In this document: positions 59,453-64,000 of the stretch, one piece after another
Numbering within the stretch: position 1 is the stretch's first letter
How the letters are laid out: every line of letters starts with the position of its first letter
Origin: a virus
DNA: 64,000 bases
IMG/VR virus record: IMGVR_UViG_3300033998_000095
Location: 48,007-112,006 of that record
Direction: 5' to 3' (one strand)
Program-made: the position numbers and the translations under genes
The notes under the pieces: model-generated
Database searches by the model: none
Seen by the model: the letters and a program-made list of their open reading frames with translations, nothing else
Told to the model about the DNA's origin: nothing

Positions 59453-59779
59453 ATGCGTATTCATACGAGTAAGCACAATATATACGAATGGTTAACTATA
59501 TCTTCAAATGATGGACACAAGTTTATTGTGCTGGGATGGAACAATCCTTTCAAAAAAACAGCAATATTATTTAATATATCATGTTCTTTTTCCAAATATA
59601 CTGAGTTCGTAGAAATAATATTGATATTTTTACATATATTCTTTAGATATAATACTAAGGAGGGGAGTAAAGCAATTGATGAATTAATAGAACAAGCTAA
59701 TAAAGAATATGAAGAAGGGCAATATGTTACTTACGAAGGTAATGATTATATTACTTTTAAGATAGGAGGTAGTGATTAA
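59453..59779 (+). CDS. Hypothetical protein
   Basis: ORF. Confidence 0.5.
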   Translation: MRIHTSKHNIYEWLTISSNDGHKFIVLGWNNPFKKTAILFNISCSFSKYTEFVEIILIFLHIFFRYNTKEGSKAIDELIEQANKEYEEGQYVTYEGNDYITFKIGGSD

Positions 59780-59970
59780 TGAAATATGTTACTATAGTTG
59801 TTGATGAAATACCTGGTGAGTATGAATGCCCCATATGCAAAGACATAGTAAGGGTAGAAGAAAGCATGGATGATGATGAAAACTACGTAGAAGTTATAGG
59901 ATGTAAGCATGCATTTATAAATGTAGATATAAATGATGATATCATTTTAGAGTTTTACGATGATGTTTAA
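59779..59970 (+). CDS. Small acidic Zn-ribbon protein
   Basis: CPIC...CKH. Confidence 0.55.
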   Translation: MKYVTIVVDEIPGEYECPICKDIVRVEESMDDDENYVEVIGCKHAFINVDINDDIILEFYDDV

Positions 59971-59991
59971 TTTTAATTAACTGAGATTGGA

Positions 59992-60738
59992 GTGATTTAC
60001 TTGAGCAGAAAGACTATCAAAACTGGGGATGAGAATGAAAAACATACTGAGGTAAAACATAAGACAAAGAAAAGAAAGATATTAAAAGTTATTGCTTTTG
60101 TATTTATAGTGGTAGCTGCATTATTTGTATTTTTTATATATACTACACAAGATATACCATTAATACAAACATTAAATAAAGATGTTCCTTTAAAACCTAA
60201 TACTACAGTAGCAGTAGTTGAGGAACAACCAATTTCAACTATAGAAGATCAATTATATAAGATATCACATAATATCATTGTTAATTATTTCTTGAATAAA
60301 AATGCATTCCTACCAGTACAGGAAGCTGAGGAATATGCTACATATGTAATTAAACATGCCCAATATTACAAATTGGATCCATTTATTATAGCAGCTATCA
60401 TAGGAAAGGAATCTACAGTTAATTTTATGGCTAGATCAAAAGTAGCACATGGTTTGATGCAGATTCATTGGAATGTACATAAAGACAATATATTAAAATC
60501 ATTTGGTAGTAGAGTGAAGACTTTACGTGATATTTATTATCCTCCTACTAACATTTTAATAGGTTGTTGGATATTTGCAGATTGTATGAAAAAATCTAAT
60601 AATAAATTACCAGATGCATTAAGCAGATATTATGGTGCTAAAAGCAACGAATATATAAATGCTATCTTATCTGATTACTCAGAAATGGCTTCTTCATTTT
60701 ATAAAAAAGCCAGTAATATAATAAAACAAACATCATAA
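59992..60738 (+). CDS. Membrane-anchored lytic transglycosylase (SLT)
   Basis: N-terminal TM; AIIGKES, AHGLMQI, NILIG, ALSRYYG. Confidence 0.88.
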   Translation: MIYLSRKTIKTGDENEKHTEVKHKTKKRKILKVIAFVFIVVAALFVFFIYTTQDIPLIQTLNKDVPLKPNTTVAVVEEQPISTIEDQLYKISHNIIVNYFLNKNAFLPVQEAEEYATYVIKHAQYYKLDPFIIAAIIGKESTVNFMARSKVAHGLMQIHWNVHKDNILKSFGSRVKTLRDIYYPPTNILIGCWIFADCMKKSNNKLPDALSRYYGAKSNEYINAILSDYSEMASSFYKKASNIIKQTS

Positions 60739-60768
60739 ATAAAATTAATAAATAGGAGGTAAATTATT

Positions 60769-61716
60769 ATGATTAAAGATTATGATTTTGATGTTAAGTT
60801 AGTTCCTGCATTTATCAAGGATGCTGAAGGAAAGCTTGTACAAATCTCTAATAGGCAATTTGTGTATTCTGATATACTTGATAATGAAGTATATGATTGT
60901 GTATCGCCACAGTATGAATTAATTCATCACAAGGATGTTGTAGATATTGTTAAAAATGAATTAATCCCAGCACTTGGATGGAAGATAAGCAAAGAAAACT
61001 TATATCTTTATGATAAAGGTGCTATTCTCTTTAATATGCTTACAATAGATAAAACCTATAATCTTGATGATCTTGTATTGCATCCTGTAGTAACTGCAGT
61101 TAATTCATACAATAGAGTTACAAGGGCTGGTGTTCATGTATCACTTGTTGATTCCAACAATAACTTATTAGTTCCACCTTCTAAGCAAATTATCTATGTA
61201 TTCTCTGGATTGGTGCATAAACATGGTACAGCAAGTATATCTAATTTTAAGAACTTAGCTAATACCATTCCATCAATAATCAACAATGCTATTGAGCAAT
61301 GGTCTAAATGGTCAAAAGATTATATTCATATTGACAGATTAAAAATAATGTTGCAATTGTTTAATGTTAGATTAGCTAAGAATATATTATCTACAGCAGA
61401 GTATAAAAATATTACTAGATTTGGTTTGTATCAGTTGATTTGTAATTATATGTTAAATCATGAGAACATGTCTAAAAGTGGATTTTATTATATGATGCAG
61501 GTAAACAAAATATTAAAATTCATTCAAAATGATAATCTTTTTACATGTTCATTATCTGAATTGACAAATTATGTTGAGAAACATTCTAAGTTTGATTGGG
61601 AGCGTGTGAATGATAAAAGTAAAGATAGTAATGATATAATCATCGATAATTCAAAGGAGAATAATAATGATAATAAACCAGTATTGGATGACATATTGTC
61701 TATTCTAAATATTTAA
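60769..61716 (+). CDS. DUF932/DUF945-like protein
   Basis: VSPQYELIHH...GA...NSYN pattern. Confidence 0.55.
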   Translation: MIKDYDFDVKLVPAFIKDAEGKLVQISNRQFVYSDILDNEVYDCVSPQYELIHHKDVVDIVKNELIPALGWKISKENLYLYDKGAILFNMLTIDKTYNLDDLVLHPVVTAVNSYNRVTRAGVHVSLVDSNNNLLVPPSKQIIYVFSGLVHKHGTASISNFKNLANTIPSIINNAIEQWSKWSKDYIHIDRLKIMLQLFNVRLAKNILSTAEYKNITRFGLYQLICNYMLNHENMSKSGFYYMMQVNKILKFIQNDNLFTCSLSELTNYVEKHSKFDWERVNDKSKDSNDIIIDNSKENNNDNKPVLDDILSILNI

Positions 61717-61856
61717 AAAACATAAAGATAAATACTATTAATCTATGATGATTATTCTAGTATAATATTTGATATTTGGGACAAGATGGGTGTATAACAT
61801 TACTCATCTTGTCCCAGGTTATATTATTTGATGAACATCATTGGAGGTAAGATACT

Positions 61857-62843
61857 ATGATCATTCATTTATCACATAATGATTTGGATGGTATAACATC
61901 AATTCTCTTATCAAGACAGTTTAACATAAGGCATTATTTCCCTTGTTCATATGATAAAAGTACTAAAACATATTTTTTAAATATTATGAATTATTTTATA
62001 TCCAAATATGGTTCCAAGATCACACATATCATCATTACAGACATTAATCTCTCAAAGGAAATGTTAACCTACTTGGATAATAGTATGAATTCTATAAACC
62101 CATCATATAAATGTTTATATATTGATCATCATAGTAATACAATAAAAGATTTAATAGAAACTAAAACAAATTATATTTGTGTAATAAATAAAGACTATTC
62201 TGCTACAAAGTTATATGCAGATATGCTTTCTTCTATTAATGATGAAAGAATCTTTAAATATAAAGATCTAATTAATGCAGTTGATGGATGGGATATGTGG
62301 GACTTTAGTAGATCCCCATTCTCTTTGGATTTACAGAGAGCGTTTTATTATCATGTTTTTAGTAGAAATACATATGAAAAGTTTCATGAACGTTTGTATT
62401 CTTTTATAAAATTACTTGAGAAAGACCCACCAACAAACGATTATAAACCAAATTGGTATAATAAGTTATTAGACTTATATCATATTGCATATCAATATAC
62501 AATTGACAAAGCCATGGAACACGTATATAATGTTGATAATATATATTGTCTTGAGTTTTTTAATGAGATGAAGTATATTCCTGCATTTGAAATAACATTG
62601 AGATTACAACAAATGAATCCAAATATAAAGTATTTCGTTTATGCATTTGAGTCAAATAACGATCATATAAAAATATCTTTGAGAACAAATAATAGTAATA
62701 ACAGTACTTTAAACCTATCCTCTATTGCTGAAGTTTATGGTGGGGGTGGGCATGAGGACGCAGCTTCTTTTGTTATCTTAAAATCAGATTTTCGTTTAAC
62801 ATTAGAAAAGATAATAAAAGAGCTGGAGTCCACCAATGTTTAG
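61857..62843 (+). CDS. DHH/DHHA1 phosphoesterase
   Basis: SHNDLDG, ITDI, IDHH, SLR, GGGGHEDAA. Confidence 0.9.
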   Translation: MIIHLSHNDLDGITSILLSRQFNIRHYFPCSYDKSTKTYFLNIMNYFISKYGSKITHIIITDINLSKEMLTYLDNSMNSINPSYKCLYIDHHSNTIKDLIETKTNYICVINKDYSATKLYADMLSSINDERIFKYKDLINAVDGWDMWDFSRSPFSLDLQRAFYYHVFSRNTYEKFHERLYSFIKLLEKDPPTNDYKPNWYNKLLDLYHIAYQYTIDKAMEHVYNVDNIYCLEFFNEMKYIPAFEITLRLQQMNPNIKYFVYAFESNNDHIKISLRTNNSNNSTLNLSSIAEVYGGGGHEDAASFVILKSDFRLTLEKIIKELESTNV

Positions 62844-63186
62844 TGCGTTATTATTAATAGGATTGATCTTTATACTATATATGAGTTTAAGATCTAAAAC
62901 ACATGAAGGACTATCATTATATAATATTGGAAAGAAACATCAGAAGTTCGTTTATGGATATTATATAAGTTCTTTTTGTTCTTCATGTGTTAGTTTTATA
63001 TCTAAACGTTCCTCTCCACCATATGAGCTCAATGGGATACAGCATGAAGGAATTGGTATTATAGTATATGTGTATGAAATGCGAGATGGGTTATATAAAC
63101 ACGTTGTTAAAATATATGCCAATCAAGAATATATTGATTATCTTCCAGCTATATGTGAATATATTTCGTCTTTATATTTATATTAA
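62836..63186 (+). CDS. Hypothetical protein with N-terminal TM
   Basis: ORF. Confidence 0.5.
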   Translation: MFSALLLIGLIFILYMSLRSKTHEGLSLYNIGKKHQKFVYGYYISSFCSSCVSFISKRSSPPYELNGIQHEGIGIIVYVYEMRDGLYKHVVKIYANQEYIDYLPAICEYISSLYLY

Positions 63187-63228
63187 GAGAAATAATTTAT
63201 CATTAGTATTTAAAAGGAGAGAAAACTT

Positions 63229-63810
63229 ATGATCATTAAGACGTTTTTCGATAATAGTGGAGCAATACAGATGAAATTTGATGTTCTTGAAGAGCGTATT
63301 TATATTGCAGTTGCAAGACCATTACCCAATCAATCTGCCAAATCTAAGTATGATTGGAAGAATAGTTTAGTATTTACGTTATCTACAGAAAACTATATTC
63401 CTTTCCTTGCTGAGATTAAACAAGTGCTTGATGGTAAAATGAAAAATACTTCTGTATTAAGTTATAATACACCAAATGCTAAGAAGGGTATGGCATTTGG
63501 TGAACGTCAAGCATCATATTCGCTATTAATATTTAAGGACAAAGATAAAATAATGGTTAATATAACCAAACCAAATGTCATTCAAATGTGTCACTATATA
63601 CAGACATTCTTTCAAAATAATCTAATAGTTAGATTGATCATTGATGCCTTATCTACATCCAAATCATCTCAACAAACAAATCCTTCTCAGCAAACTTCTA
63701 CTGCTGAAGTAGAAGAAGAGCCTAGACCTAATGCTGATCAAGATACGAATGTATTATCATTATTTGAAGATAATGGGACAAATAATGTAGTACCACCAGA
63801 ATTATTCTAA
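63229..63810 (+). CDS. Putative ssDNA-binding protein, Whirly/PC4-like fold
   Basis: KYDWKNSLVFTLS motif, S/Q linker, acidic tail ending ELF. Confidence 0.55.
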   Translation: MIIKTFFDNSGAIQMKFDVLEERIYIAVARPLPNQSAKSKYDWKNSLVFTLSTENYIPFLAEIKQVLDGKMKNTSVLSYNTPNAKKGMAFGERQASYSLLIFKDKDKIMVNITKPNVIQMCHYIQTFFQNNLIVRLIIDALSTSKSSQQTNPSQQTSTAEVEEEPRPNADQDTNVLSLFEDNGTNNVVPPELF

Positions 63811-63816
63811 AAGATA

Positions 63817-63852
63817 AAGTGAGCAGTAGATTTAAATGTCTACTGCTCACTT
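63817..63852 (+). terminator. Hairpin
   Basis: 14-bp stem AAGTGAGCAGTAGA/TCTACTGCTCACTT. Confidence 0.7.
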
Positions 63853-63874
63853 GTCTGGAGGTTAAATGATAACA

Positions 63875-64000
63875 GTCAACTACCCCACCCTATAGAGGGT
63901 GGAGCTTGTAAAAGCTCAAGTTGACTACCCTAAGTCCTTCGAGGACTACGTTATATAGGTCATAACACCTACGGGCGTTTCTCCTAACTCGTAGCTCTGT
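63875..64000 (+). mobile_element. Third IscB-type element end and omegaRNA 5' part (truncated by the window)
   Basis: GTCAACTACCCC...GTTGACTACCCTAAGTC...GACTACGTT, as in element 2. Confidence 0.8.

Noticed and set aside
1-64000. tRNA genes, stop-codon recoding, reverse transcriptase
   Set aside because: No cloverleaf or YxDD-type RT ORF was noticed, and ORFs tile densely under the standard code. tRNAscan was not run.

Overview
The window is 64 kb of a large, AT-rich, T4-like lytic myovirus infecting a bacterium; sigma70-type TTGACA-17-TATAAT promoters, GGAGG ribosome-binding sites and a lytic transglycosylase support this, and a class III RNR suggests an anaerobic host. Genes run on the minus strand left of ~20.1 kb and on the plus strand right of ~21.4 kb, with a non-coding, origin-like gap between. 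Recognisable genes include head genes (gp21-like protease, portal, scaffold-like proteins), a T4-like replisome (DnaB helicase, PolB, clamp loader, clamp, primase, RNase H, UvsX, UvsW, ligase), neck/tail/baseplate genes, ThyX and NrdD/NrdG. Highlights: (1) PolB carries an N-terminal family-4 UDG domain and is broken at its catalytic YGD/TDS motif by a cysteine-free split intein. The gap between the halves holds no homing endonuclease but an opposite-strand cassette with a DUF1874/AcrIII-1-like ring nuclease. (2) NrdD is split into two genes in permuted order, with the glycyl-radical half upstream and carrying a mini-intein. (3) There are four IS200/IS605 OMEGA elements: two intact IscB+omegaRNA, one truncated by the window edge, and one TnpB-derived MITE that keeps only its omegaRNA. 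(4) Also notable are an orphan GAF/PAS sensor coupled to a holin-like gene, a Whirly-like SSB, a 7-blade kelch protein with hypervariable loops and an orphan Panacea antitoxin. All family assignments come from motif recognition by eye; no database search was run.
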